From Paraspadella gotoi (Eukaryota > Animalia > Chaetognatha), in the NCBI GenBank assembly GCA_051294375.1, contig CM119270.1, positions 13,805,316 to 13,869,315 on the forward strand: a DNA stretch of 64,000 bases. Reading direction: 5' to 3'. Position 1 is the first letter of the stretch, and each line of letters opens with the position of its first letter. Under the pieces are notes generated by a model. It did no database searches and was not told where the DNA came from. It saw only the letters and a program-made list of their open reading frames with translations. The position numbers were made by a program, and so were the translations under genes. This document shows, in pieces, positions 1-12,816 of this stretch.

Positions 1-38
1 TTTTTCGACTTGGGAAAAAAATGATTTAGTTTCGCAAG

Positions 39-80
39 GACGTTGGAGTCATTAACGGAGATGGAGACAAAAGGAAATGG
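39..80 (+). CDS. Putative small exon (DVGVINGDGDKRKW) of a DOMON-like protein; mirror copy at 6454-6495 (-)
   Basis: AG|...|GT bounded, 42 nt, phase 0/0, phase-compatible with the neighbouring candidate exons. The donor GTCCCT is weak. Confidence 0.3.
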
Positions 81-1057
81 GTCCCTTCGCGTTCAGTTCA
101 TTCGTTCATTCCATTCACTTTCGTTCATATTCGTTCATTCCCGCATTCACGAGTCGAAGAATGCGTTTCCTCACCAGAGCCTCCTTTGTTTTCACTTTTT
201 GGAGACAAAAAGTGAAAGAGAAAAAAAATTGTGCCATTCACGAAAAAAAGTGAAAAAGAAATATAGCATTTTTGANNNNNNNNNNNNNNNNNNNNNNNNN
301 NNNNNNNNNNNNNNNNNNNNNNNNNNNNNNNNNNNNNNNNNNNNNNNNNNNNNNNNNNNNNNNNNNNNNNNNNNNNNNNNNNNNNNNNNNNNNNNNNNNN
401 NNNNNNNNNNNNNNNNNNNNNNNNNNNNNNNNNNNNNNNNNNNNGAGAGAGAGAGAGAGAGAGAGAGAGAAATGAGTTTGGAAGAAGAAAAGACGTAAAT
501 GACGTTAGAATCGTGCGATGGAATTATTATCAATTTGGAGAAAAAGAATAAAAAAGAATGAAAAATAATAAATGACTTCCGACGAAGAAAAGAAAAGAAA
601 ATTCGAGACAAAACATTTTTTCACTTTTTTTTTTAAAGTTGACGAAGTTTGTCAAAGTCAAAAGTCAAATCGCAAAAACTTTGCCTAAAAAAAGCTTAAA
701 AAAAACTTAAAAGATACCAACCTAAACGTCATGCGAGTCTTCGTTAAAATTAAATGTATATTATGAATTACCATAAATATTCCATTAAGCGATTAAAAAA
801 TATCATAAGAGTCTCAATTTCCCTAATCATTACCTTTACTTACCCTGTACTCCTCAATCGACAGTCATCTTTAATTAAATAATTTGTTTCAAAATATATA
901 TTTAGACGAACGAGCCCGGGAAATGTAACAACGAGCCGACAGCAATTATACCAGCGGTAATAAGAACAACAAATACTTTGACGTCAACAAAACGAAAGAA
1001 AACAACAACAAGAACAACAACAAATAACGTTCCCAAAAATCCTATAAGTCTGGACAG

Positions 1058-1147
1058 ATGCCACTAAGCGGTCATCGAACCGGATGCAGAGTTAATACGG
1101 AAACCGATTCGCCATCTAGCGTCGAGTTTTTCTTTTCATCGCCAAAT
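1058..1147 (+). CDS. Putative exon (MPLSGHRTGCRVNTETDSPSSVEFFFSSPN) of DOMON-like protein
   Basis: CAG| acceptor, |GTCAAT donor, 90 nt open, phase 0/0. Domain similarity judged by eye only. Confidence 0.25.
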
Positions 1148-1421
1148 GTCAATTTCCTCTCGCGCCAAATGTCACTCTCTTTTCCACGGGCCGGGCCTCG
1201 CCCGAAAGAGACCGAGGCGTCCCTTGCCGTCGCCCCCACCCTCCTCCACACCCCCGACCCCCCCCCCCTCCGGGCCCCTCGTGACCCCACGCTCGTCTCG
1301 TATTTCTTTCCAGAGTCTCGTCTCTTCAGCCTCTCGAAATTGAAGAGAGAGAGAAAAAGAGAAACTGTTGAGCTTCTGTCCGAATTCTCGGGGTCGAGGA
1401 GATGACAGACGCTGGGAGATT

Positions 1422-1453
<32 letters not shown>

Positions 1454-1467
1454 TACTGGGGGTACAG

Positions 1468-1516
1468 ATTGCGGTACAAATGACGAACGGCGATACTGAT
1501 GACGAGGACAAATGCT
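1468..1516 (+). CDS. Putative exon (IAVQMTNGDTDDEDKC) of DOMON-like protein
   Basis: TACAG| acceptor, |GTGAGA donor; only this frame is open. A possible next exon from 1602 gives YFLIWN. Confidence 0.3.
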
Positions 1517-3127
1517 GTGAGACGATTTGAAATGGCATCGCATATGTGGAAAAGGGAAATTCTGTCGAACGGCGGGAAGAGGTCAACATCTCCGGATGGA
1601 GATTTTCTTATATGGAATTCGATACCAAGTTTCTCCTTCGTAATCATCATGACATTTGATGCTTACGGCGTTCAATGCCATCAAATTTCCATTCAGTATT
1701 ATTAAAGCCTCTGCAATACTATCTTTTGCCATCGAATGCTACTAAAGCCGTCCAATGATATTAGTACCATCAAGTTTCATACAAGACTTGACGAAAACTC
1801 AATTGTGTTCAACACCGTCAACTTTTGGTACTTGAAACTTATGGCATTCAAGTGGAGACGAGCTACTATAAGTTTCCCCTCCATATTTCCCAAATCTTTT
1901 TAATGACGGTTCATGATGTTTTCGTCGCTTTGCCGAGGAAATAAAGAATCCCGACTGACAGACAAACAAACGACGCCACGACAGAAAAAATCATTTCCTT
2001 GACCAGTTTTTTTTTTATCTGTCTATCGACATAGAGATTAATTAACAAAATCTTTCCGACAAAAAAAAAAAGAAGAAGAAATAACCTAAGCCGAGGTTTA
2101 TACATCATTTTTCTCCCTTTTTAGCGAATTAAAAGAGAGAATCATTAAAAGAGAGAATTAAAAGAGAGAATCATTCGATTCCTTTATTTTCTCTTTCATT
2201 TCCTTAATTTTTTTAGTTTCTTCCTTCCGACGTTTCCTCCTCTTCCTTCCGAGAAACCGCCTCGTTAGTTTCTCCCTCNNNNNNNNNNNNNNNNNNNNNN
2301 NNNNNNNNNNNNNNNNNNNNNNNNNNNNNNNNNNNNNNNNNNNNNNNNNNNNNNNNNNNNNNNNNNNNNNNNNNNNNNNNNNNNNNNNNNNNNNNNNNNN
2401 NNNNNNNNNNNNNNNNNNNNNNNNNNNNNNNNNNNNNNNNNNNNNNNNNNNNNNNNNNNNNNNNNNNNNNNNNNNNNNNNNNNNNNNNNNNNNNNNNNNN
2501 NNNNNNNNNNNNNNNNNNNNNNNNNNNNTCCATCAACGATTGCCGCTCGTGCGTCTCCGGTTGCCGTGGTTACGAACTATCGCGAGTTTCTGGTTCCGTT
2601 GTACATACTTTTTCTTTGGCTTGACATTATCCATATTAAATTCTTTTTAACTTTGCTTAGTAAGGCGTTTTAAAGGGGGGCACCCATATGACTTTTAACC
2701 AAAATATTTATAGGCTAGGATAAACCGTTTCTGAGCTATGGCTCAATCTTTCAGAAGCGTTTATGAAGAGCAACTGTGATTCTTTTGTGTGCAGTGGCAG
2801 GTGTCGTTTTTGCTACAGCGCTTATCGCATTGCATTAATAGTTTGAACAAGGTCTGGCTAAGTATCTTCAATTCAGTAAAAAAAAAAGAAGGGATACGGA
2901 TGTTCTAAGTTTTTAATCCCTAACCTGTATAGCATAGCATAGAATAGAATAGAATATATATATACATTTTATATATGCAGTGTATATATAAAATGTCTCA
3001 TATATACAGGGTAACCCGCGGATCCTCAGTTTTTTGTTCTCGAGATTTTAACTTCTAATTTGCTCATTTGTTCTCCGCTTGTCGTTGTCGTTGTAGTCGG
3101 ACNNNNNNNNNNNNNNNNNNNNNNNNN

Positions 3128-6100
3128 CAATACGTCCGACCTCACACCTACGACAACGACAAGCGGAGAACAATGAGCAAATTAGAAGTTTAAAATCTCG
3201 AGGAACAAAAAACTGTGGCTCCGCGGTTTTATTCCGCGCTCTGTAATATGATACATTTATAATATACAGGGTGGGATTCAAAAGGTGAGAAATCCGTATC
3301 ACTTTTTTTTTTTTTACTTTTGACGCATTTGTGTGGTATTAAATAAAAAAATTGACCTTTTTTGTTCTAACTATTAATGGCAACTCGCCGATAAGCACTG
3401 TTGAAAAAACGACAACCTGCACAGCAGCACAAAAGAATCACAAGTTGCTACTTCATAAACGCTTTATGAATAGATTGAGCATAGCTCAGAAACGGTTTTT
3501 ATCCCTAGCCTATCATCTATTTTGGGTTAAAAGTCATAATTGGGTGTTGTGCCCCCGCTTTTAAACGGCCCTACTAAGCAAAGTTTAAAAAGAATTATTT
3601 TGGATAATGTCAAGCCTAAAGAAAAATAATGTACCTAACGGAACCAGAAACATCGCCGATAGTTCGTCAACCACGGCAACCGGAGACGCACCGAGCGGCA
3701 ATCGTTTGATGGAACCGACTAAGGTGCGGCCCGAGAGAAGGTCGTACGGTAAAAATCTCTCTGTCGAACATTCTTTGGAAAATCGCATGATCGTGGCAAC
3801 ATAATCGGCGAAGGGGGAAGATTTGGAGGGGTGGAGTTGGTTCGTTAGGGGGGAAGGGAAGAAAGGAAGGGGGCAGAGTGGGGGGAAAGGAATGAAAGAG
3901 AAGGGGGCTGAGGGTGGGAAGGGAAGAAAGGGAAGGGGGCAGAGTGGGGGAAAGGGGAAAGGGCAAGGGGGCTGAGGGGGGGGAAAGGGAAGAAGGGAAG
4001 GGGTGCAGAGTGGGGGGAAAGGGAGAAAAGGGAAGGGGGAGAGTGGGGGGAAAGGCGAGAAGGGAAGGGGGCAGAGTGGGGGAAAGGAAGAAAGGGAAGG
4101 GGGGCAGAGTGGGAGGGAAAGGGAAGAAAGGGAAGGGGGCAGAGTGGAGGGAAAGGGAGAAAGGGAAGGGGGCTGAGCGGGGGGGGTGAGAATAAAGGGA
4201 GTCATGTAAAAGGAGTTTGAGGGAGAAAACTAACGAGGCGGTTTTTCTCGGAAGGAGAGGAGGAAACGTCGGAAGGAAGAACTAAAAAAATTAAGGAAAT
4301 GAAAGAGAAATAAGATCGAATGATTCCTCTCTTTTAATTCTCTCTTCTTTTAATGATTCTCTCTTTTAATTCGCTAAAAAAGGGAGAAAAATGAATGTAT
4401 AAAACCTCGCTTAGGTTTGTTTAATTCTCTCCCCACCTTTTTTTCTTTCCCCTTTTTTTTTTTTGTCGGAAAGATTTTGTTAATTAATCTCTTTATGTCG
4501 ATAGACAGATAAAAAAAAACTGGTCAGGAAATGATTTTTTTTTTTTTGTCGTGGCGTCGTTTGTTTGTCTGTCAGCTCGGGTTCTTTATTTCGCTCGGCA
4601 AAGCGACGAAAAACATCAATGAACCGTCATTAAAAAGATTTGGGAAATATGGAGGGGAATTATAGTAGGCTCGTCTCGCACGTTGAATGGGCCATAGTTC
4701 AAGTACGCAAAAAGTTGACGGTGTGAACACAATTGAGTTTTCCGTCAAGTCTTGTATGAAAACTTGATGGGTACTATATCAATTGGGACGGCTTTAGTAG
4801 CATTCGATGGCTAAAAAGATAGAAATTGCAGAAAGGCTTAATAATACTGAATGGAAATTTGATGGCATTGAACGCCGTAAGCATCTAAATGTCATGATGA
4901 TTACGAAGGAGAAACTTGGTATCGAATCTCCAAAATGAATAAGAATTCTGCCATCCGAGATTGTTGACCTCTTCCCCGCCGTTCGACCAGAATTTCCCTT
5001 TTCGCCCCTCACATATGCGAATGGCCCATTTCATAATCGTCTGCACAGCATTTGTCCTCGTCATCGAAGTATCGCCGTTCGTCATTTGTAACGCAATTTC
5101 TGTACCCCCAGTAATCTCCCTCCTCTCTCTCTCAATCTCCAGCGTCCTGTCATCTCCTGCGACGCCCGAGAATTCGGACAGAAGTCAGACAGTTTCTCTT
5201 TTCTCATTCTCTCTCATTTCGTAGAGCTGAAGAGACGAGACTCTGGAAAAGAAATTAACGAAGACGAGACGGGGTCACGAAGGGGCGCGGAGGGGGGGGT
5301 CGGGGGTGTGGAGGAGGTGGGGGCGACGGAGGGGACGCCTCGGTTCTCTTTTTCGGGCGAGGCCGCCGGCCCGTGGAAAAGAGAGTGACATTTGGCGCGA
5401 GAGGAAATTGACATTTGGCGATGTTAAAGAAAAACTCGACGCTAGATGGCGAATCGGTTTCCGTATTAACTCTGCATCCGGTTTCGATGACCGGCGTTAG
5501 TGCATCTGGTCCCAGACTTATAGGATTTTTGGGACGTTATTTGTTGTTGTTTCTTGTTGTTCGTTTTCTTTCGTTTTTGTTGACGTCAAAGTATTTGTTT
5601 GTTCTTATTCCGCTGGTATATATTGGGCTGTCGGCTCGTTGTTACATTTCCCGGGCGTCGTTCGGTTGTATAAATATATATTTTGGAACAAATTATTTAA
5701 TTAAAAGATGACGTCGAATTGAGGAAGTACAAGGGTAGTAAAGGTAATGATTAGGGAAATTGAGACTCTTATGATATTTTTTAATTGCTTAATGGAATAT
5801 TTATGGTAAATTCATAATATAGCATTTATTTTACGAAGAACTCCGCAATGAACGTTTAGGTTGGTATCTTTAAGTTTTTTTTAAGGGCTTTTTTTAGGCA
5901 AGTTTTGCGATTTGACTTTTGACTTTGACAAACTTCGTCAAACATTTAAAAAAAAAAGTGAAAAAATGTTTGTTCTCGAAATTTTCTTTTCTTTTTCTTC
6001 GTCGGAAGTCCATTTATTATTTTTTCATACTCTTTTTTATCTTTTCTCCAAATTGATATAATTCCATCGCAGCGATTCCTTTAACGTTGTCATTTTTACG

Positions 6101-6173
6101 TCTTTTCTTCTTCCAAACTCATGTTCTCTCTCTCTCTCTTCTCCTCTCTCTCGTCTTCTCTGCCATCTCTCTC

Positions 6174-6219
<46 letters not shown>

Positions 6220-6533
6220 GTGTTCATTTTTTTTCTTTGAGTTCAAAAAATGCTATATTTTTCTTTTTTCAGCATCTTTTTTTCGTGAATGGCACAAATT
6301 TTTTTTTTTCTCTTTCACTTTTTGTCCTCCAAAAAAGTGAAAACAAGGAGTGGTCTGGGTGAGGAAAACGCATTCTTTTCGACTCGTGAATGCGGAATGA
6401 ACGAATATGAACGAAAGTGAATGGAATGAACGAATGAACTGAACGCGAGGGACCCATTTCCTTTTGTCTCCATCTCCGTTAATGACTCCAACGTCCTTGC
6501 CGAAACTAACATTTTTTTCCCAAAGTCGAAAAA
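3128..6533. repeat. Right arm of the fold-back (indel-rich copy)
   Basis: Mirror of 1-3102 with frequent 1-nt indels. It supplies sequence across the left-arm N gaps at 276-444 and 2279-2528. Confidence 0.95.
3845..4190 (+). repeat. Purine-rich ~33-bp minisatellite (GGAAGGGGGCAGAGTGGGGGGAAAGGGAAGAAAG-like), about 10 copies
   Basis: Tandem units visible directly. It lies within the sequence that fills the N gap 2279-2528 of the mirror arm. Many G-runs give G-quadruplex/triplex potential. Confidence 0.85.
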
Positions 6534-6564
6534 GCCGAAAGCCCCCCAATTCATGCTCTCTCTC

Positions 6565-6659
<95 letters not shown>

Positions 6660-6681
6660 TTCATTACAAAGTTCGTCTTAC

Positions 6682-6719
6682 AATTCCCTTTCCGCCATCA
6701 GTCATTCCGATACTCCAGG
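6682..6719 (-). CDS. Putative small exon ((A)WSIGMTDGGKGI) of DOMON-like protein
   Basis: TTTCCTTAG| acceptor and strong |GTAAGA donor; 38 nt, phase 1/0, matches the upstream exon ending in G. Confidence 0.35.
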
Positions 6720-6905
6720 CTAAGGAAACATTGGCCCGAGGAAATGACGGGCGACGAAACGACGAGACGGACGACGAAAACGACGAAGCTCATTGTAAAA
6801 GAAGCAACAACTGTCGGATAATTTCCTTACATTTCCTTTCTTTTCCTTTCTTCTTCTTTCTTTTCTTCAGTCGTCGTCGTCGTCGTCCGTCGTCGTCGTC
6901 GTCAC

Positions 6906-6970
6906 CTTCATCTTCGTTAACTTCCACACAGTCAATGAATTTTTCCGTCCAAATGAAGCCCACGGTTCCA
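6906..6970 (-). CDS. Putative exon (GTVGFIWTEKFIDCVEVNEDE) of DOMON-like protein
   Basis: Open frame ending GAA G|GTGACG. 5' boundary uncertain: AG at 6971-6972, or CACAG at 7026-7030 if there is a 1-nt error. Confidence 0.3.
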
Positions 6971-7641
6971 CTCGGCCGTCGATGTCACGTTGGCGACTCC
7001 AAAGTTTCTTCAAATCATCGAATATCTGTGATTCCGTTCGAAACGTAATTCAGTTAAAAACTTGGAGATGAAATTGCGATAAATCGACGCATAATATTCC
7101 TACTGTCGGAGTAGCGTTATTTGTTCAGTTGTTCACCGCCGCCATATTTTCACTTATTACTTAGAATTTAACAATGGAATTAAAAACTTAACTTATTTTT
7201 GTATCGATAATTGTCACCGTTCCGTTTCAATTATTGTTGTTGTTGTTGTCATCTTGAGCGTCTTCAGGGTAAAAGAAGGAAAAGCCTCAAGGCGAAACTG
7301 GGCGAAAATCAAGACTAGGACGAAGATAATAAAACCGACAGTACCAAAGATAAAATTGACGATAATTATGATACAATAATAACTATGATGAAAACGACAA
7401 CGACAAAAGATTTGGAATGAAAAACGACGATGACGATGATGAAAATTCGAAAAATGTTGTCAACGAAAACTATGACAACAGAATCATAGTTATTACAACA
7501 AATAATTTACGATATATGAAAACAAAAAATCGGAAAAAAAAAGATTTTAAATTAAAAAGAATTTATGATGAGGACGATATCCGTCCTAACAACGACAACA
7601 ACGGGCAATTCCACAATTTTACATCAATATCGTGACCCCGG

Positions 7642-7717
<76 letters not shown>

Positions 7718-7800
7718 TTTTCTCTTTTTCTTCTTGAGAGTGGGTCACATCCTCGGAATCACGTGACTGAAAAGAAGCGACAAGAAGCTTTTCATTTGAC

Positions 7801-7885
<85 letters not shown>

Positions 7886-7931
7886 CGAGCCTTAATCAGG
7901 CTCCTCATTAGGAGTAACGGCTTTTGTCGTG

Positions 7932-7941
7932 GACGACGACC

Positions 7942-8027
<86 letters not shown>
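7932..8027. repeat. (GAC)n microsatellite
   Basis: Near-perfect trinucleotide run; source of the poly-D/R/T/S ORFs. Confidence 0.95.
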
Positions 8028-8345
8028 AGAACGAAGACTGGTTTTTTGGGAAACTCGGGTCCATTTATTGTCGCTGATTTAGTTCCATCTGCGACGAAGC
8101 TTCCGGTTTCTCCCGGGAAACAAATCCATTCTGTCGTAATCGTCGTCGTCGTCGTCTTCGTGCACGGCGACAATAACAAAGACTGCATCTGTTGGAATGC
8201 CGACCTGAAATTTCATATGCATCGGCGCCTGTGCTATCGTCGTCGTCATCGTCGTCGTCGTCGTCGCAGCCGCATCGATGAACCTCGATGAAGGTTCTTT
8301 CACTCACCAAATGAATCGTCAACCTAATAAAAGCTCGATACGTTA

Positions 8346-8376
<31 letters not shown>

Positions 8377-9443
8377 CAACTGTTGTTGTAATTTTTGGCG
8401 GGGTTTCCGGTTTTTTCTTGTTGTTGTTGTCGTTGTTGTCGTTGTTATCGTGATTCTCGCAGATGTCGGACGAAAGCGGATCGAGAATTCCCGCGATATT
8501 TTTTTTATCGCGATATTTCGAATCGATTGTACAAAACAAGATGGAAAACAAAACGAAACGAGAGAAACAAACGATGGAAGGAAAACAAAGAGAAGATGAT
8601 AAATAAGGATGAAAACAATCGAATGGAGATTAGAGTTGGGGAACTTTGCTCTTGCTTCGAACGGCGGAGTTGTTTTCCACAGGGGAAAATATGATGTTGA
8701 CCAAGGAATGGACCAATGATACATTTTAAAGAGAAACGAAACGTTAATTAAATTAATTAAATTAATTAAATCGTTAATCGCTGCCTCCGCGAATTTTGAA
8801 GATGTTCATTTACGTTTGCAAGATTCACTTGAATTTCTTCTTTATTCGACAGGGTGATTCATGGAGAAAGCCTAAACTGTACGATGAATCTTCTAATTTT
8901 CCAACTTTATAAGAATTACCAGATTTAATTAAAAGACTTCTCCATTTTCAACCAACAAACTATAAATTCGCTCCACAAAAAAAAGTCTCCTTTTCGTCGA
9001 GAAAGTCTCGTTCGCCATCGAAAAGATTTCGATCTGCGTTTTCTTGGGGTGAGAAAGAAGATTCGTCCGCGAGCCGAAGTGAGAGACAAAGACGACGATG
9101 GCATTCGGACGACGACGACGACGACGACGACGATTGCGTCTTCTTCGTCTTCAAGTCGTCATCTGCGAAAACAAAAAGCAGATGCGACGTCTGGTGATCT
9201 CCGCTGCGCAACGTCTTCGTCGTTGTTGTTATTGCTCGTCGCCACTCGCTCCTCTGTCCACAGTCCTCACCCTACCATGTCTAACCCTACCACGCCTCAT
9301 CCCAACTCACCCTTTCTCTCCGAACCACACCAACTTTTCTTGGCATGCGTGGGGAAAAGTGGCGACGAAGAAAGATAAGAAGACGAGGCGAAACGAGTTC
9401 CAATTCGGAGACCAGACGACGTAAGGTAATCAGATTTATCTGG

Positions 9444-9514
<71 letters not shown>

Positions 9515-9521
9515 AGAGAAG

Positions 9522-9555
<34 letters not shown>

Positions 9556-9713
9556 GAAAGAGAGCAGCTTTTTACGTTTTTTGCTTTTTTGTATTTGTTG
9601 ATGTTCCATCTTGAAACGCAGTCGGTGGCGTCCGTTTCGTGTTTGTCTCTTCTCCCGTTGGTCCTCAAGTTTTTCTCAGTATTGGTTTGTCATCTCTTGC
9701 AAAACTTAAAAGG

Positions 9714-9767
9714 GAGCGGCGAGCGGCGAGCGGCGAGCGGCGAGCGGCGAGCGGCGAGCGGCGAGCG
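9714..9767. repeat. (GAGCGGC)n heptamer tandem repeat, ~7.7 copies
   Basis: Perfect tandem copies read directly. Confidence 0.95.
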
Positions 9768-10874
9768 ACCTTCATTAAGGCTTTAATAATTTCATCACTC
9801 ATTTTCTATTTATGGCTTCGACGAACTGAATAAGTTACAGGAAAAAAAAAAATTTTAATGTCAGTCGGACGACGATGATGATGTTAAAGACGACGAAAAC
9901 GACGACGATGACGACGACGGAGTTGAAGGAGACTTCCTCGGAGTCAAACATTTTCTTCCGCCTTCGTTTCCTCTCATTCCGACTCATTAAGGCCTTTTGA
10001 CTGCTTCCTTTATTTCCTTTATTTCNNNNNNNNNNTTTTTTGTTCATTTTACTTCAGTCTTTCATTTCCGACAATTTCTCTTTCTTGGGTTTTCCCCTCT
10101 CTCATTTTTTTATTATTTTTCGTCTTTTGTTTTATTTCGTAGAACTTTCTAGGTTTCTCTCTCTCTCTCTCTCNNNNNNNNNNNNNNNNNNNNNNNNNNN
10201 NNNNNNNNNNNNNNNNNNNNNNNNNNNNNNNNNNNNNNNNNNNNNNNNNNNNNNNNNNNNNNNNNNNNNNNNNNNNNNNNNNNNNNNNNNNNNNNNNNNN
10301 NNNNNNNNNNNNNNNNNNNNNNNNNNNNNNNNNNNNNNNNNNNNNNNNNNNNNNNNNNNNNNNNNNNNNNNNNNNNNNNNNNNNNNNNNNNNCTCTCTCT
10401 CTCTCCAACAGGTTGGTATAGATACAGTCAATATTCCATATTTCCTCCTCTTCATCCTCTTGACCTGGATCATCATCATCNNNNNNNNNNNNNNNNNNNN
10501 NNNNNNNNNNNNNNNNNNNNNNNNNNNNNNNNNNNNNNNNNNNNNNNNNNNNNNNNNNNNNNNNNNNNNNNNNNNNNNNNNNNNNNNNNNNNNNNNNNNN
10601 NNNNNNNNNNNNNNNNNNNNNNNNNNNNNNNNNNNNNNNNNNNNNGAGAGAGAGAAAAGAGAGAAGAGAGAGAGAGAGAGAGGAGAGACGAGAGAGAGTG
10701 CCAGAAAGAGAGAGAGTAGAGAGAGAGAGAGAGAAGAGAGAGGAAGAAAGAGAGAGGAGAGAGAGAAATTTTACTGAGTGGCAACCTTTGTGGGCTGCCT
10801 CTCTCTCTCAGCCTCGTCACGCGATAGCCGCTCATTTCATTTTTTATGTCTATCTTTTTTCTTTTAAACTTCTT

Positions 10875-10884
10875 CTTTCTTTTT

Positions 10885-10975
<91 letters not shown>
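10875..10975. repeat. (CTTT)n microsatellite
   Basis: Read directly. Confidence 0.95.
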
Positions 10976-10976
<1 letters not shown>

Positions 10977-11326
10977 TTTTATTAATCTTGAAAAGTATGA
11001 CATATAATTTCGAAATAATGCGACTGGAATCGTCATCAAAATGTGTTAGTCCGAATATCTGTCCGTTTCTAGGTAAGAGAAAAATCGTGGTTGAGATCTT
11101 TCGACTCGCTTTTCCTTCGGAAGAAATTGTGAGAAAAAGCAAAAAACGCAGAAATATAAACGCAAGAAAAACACAGAATTAGAAAAATGCTAAAAATGCG
11201 GAAAAATGCTAAAAATGCAGGTAACTCGAGAATGATTCGAACGTTGGTTTCCTTCAAAATCACTATATTATTTTGTGGATGAGAAAGATGATGATGACTT
11301 AAGTTTGTGTAAAGTCTTAGTAAGGA

Positions 11327-11405
11327 GAAGAAGAAGAAGAAGAAGAAGAAGAAGAAGAAGAAGAAGAAGAAGAAGAAGAAGAAGAAGAAGAAGAAGAAGA
11401 AGAAG
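11327..11405. repeat. (GAA)n microsatellite
   Basis: Read directly. Confidence 0.95.
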
Positions 11406-12049
11406 CGTAAATTGAAAAAGAAATAGGTGGGCGGTCGATGCTCAGAATTTAAGGAAACTAGTACGGATAATAATGTTTAATATCTGAGTTGAACATTTTC
11501 GGAATCGTTAAGGATTTGAAGGGTATAAGAGTAGAACGTATTGGACTTGTTTTGCTTCTTAATGTTTGATCAGATATTCAATTGAAACAGTTTAATGAAA
11601 TATTATCACAATTGATAGGGAAGCCAAGTAATTTGGGAGTAATAAACTTGTTTGGGAGAGAGTCTTGATTGAAAGCTTGTAACGTTGTAACGTTGATATA
11701 TTCCAACAACCCAACATAGCCGGTCTAAGATCAGGGGCAAGATAGCTTTTTTATTGAAAGAAAATAAATATACCTACATAAATATACAGAGTTTTAAAAA
11801 TAAACATAATAGATATAATGAATATAAACTATACAAATATGAGGCATTTTTGCATTATTATAATTAGCAAATTAAAACAAAAACTTTTCTTCTAAATCAT
11901 AGAATTCTTTTTTATAAAATTTTTAATCATTCCAATTTACCGATCGGCACAATGCTCTTTCTAACTCTTCATGTTTAAACTAGTATGTCTTTGCCTCTAT
12001 ACTATTTTTTTTCGTCTGCAAAATTTAAGCTGCATCAAATTTCCTCATT

Positions 12050-12080
<31 letters not shown>

Positions 12081-12229
12081 TTTGTCTGAGTGAAAAAAAA
12101 ACACTGACCAATTTTAATTTTTTTTTAAATTTCACGGAAAAAAAGTCGCCAAATCTGATGAAAGCCTCGAATTTAATGGAGGTGAGGTGTCGAATTAAAA
12201 ATTCTGAATCACTCAGACGGAGAGAGGGT

Positions 12230-12271
<42 letters not shown>

Positions 12272-12695
12272 AGAGATAGAGGGAGACGAAATAGAGAGAA
12301 GAGTGAGAGATGAGAAAGGGGAGAGATATTTTGGCCTTTTCAAATGTCATGTTTGTATTTTGGGTCATGTTTTCCGATTTTTCTCTTTACTTTGCATCAA
12401 AATCAACTTCTACATTCCTACTCTAAATAATAATTATTAATTTAGGTTTTTAGTTTGGGCCATATTTAGAAATATTCCATTATCATTATTTGTCACAATA
12501 CCCTAACAAACTTGGCCCAAGTCTCATAAAAGTATAAAATGGAGTCACTGATGTGTTAGTACATATCAGAATTTTGTATAAAAATTACACAAAACATTGT
12601 ATGCGTCTTTCATGATTTCAACTATTTTAAAATCATCTTTAAAAAATTTTTAGTTTTTGAGGCAAACATCTCTGTAAAATTGAAGGGCGGAAACC

Positions 12696-12816
<121 letters not shown>

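Larger units (their letters stand above)
1..3102. repeat. Left arm of ~6.5-kb fold-back inverted duplication
   Basis: Reverse complement of 3128-6533 along its length (e.g. 1-110 vs 6425-6533; 1058-1400 vs 5150-5510; 3040-3102 vs 3134-3215). Centre is a 25-N gap at 3103-3127. Confidence 0.95.

Noticed and set aside
3264-3300. TACAGGGTG as a mariner-type terminal repeat
   Set aside because: No partner TIR other than the artefactual mirror arm, and the local sequence is noisy.
7565-8724. Poly-R/D/S/T and ERERER/LSLSLS ORFs here and throughout the ORF track
   Set aside because: They arise from (GAC)n, (GA)n and (CTTT)n microsatellites or run through N gaps; there is no coding evidence.
11410-11740. 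Possible LINE fragment (LGCWNISTL resembling an APE N-terminal motif) next to (GAA)n
   Set aside because: Only one short motif, with multiple stops and no further endonuclease or RT motifs.
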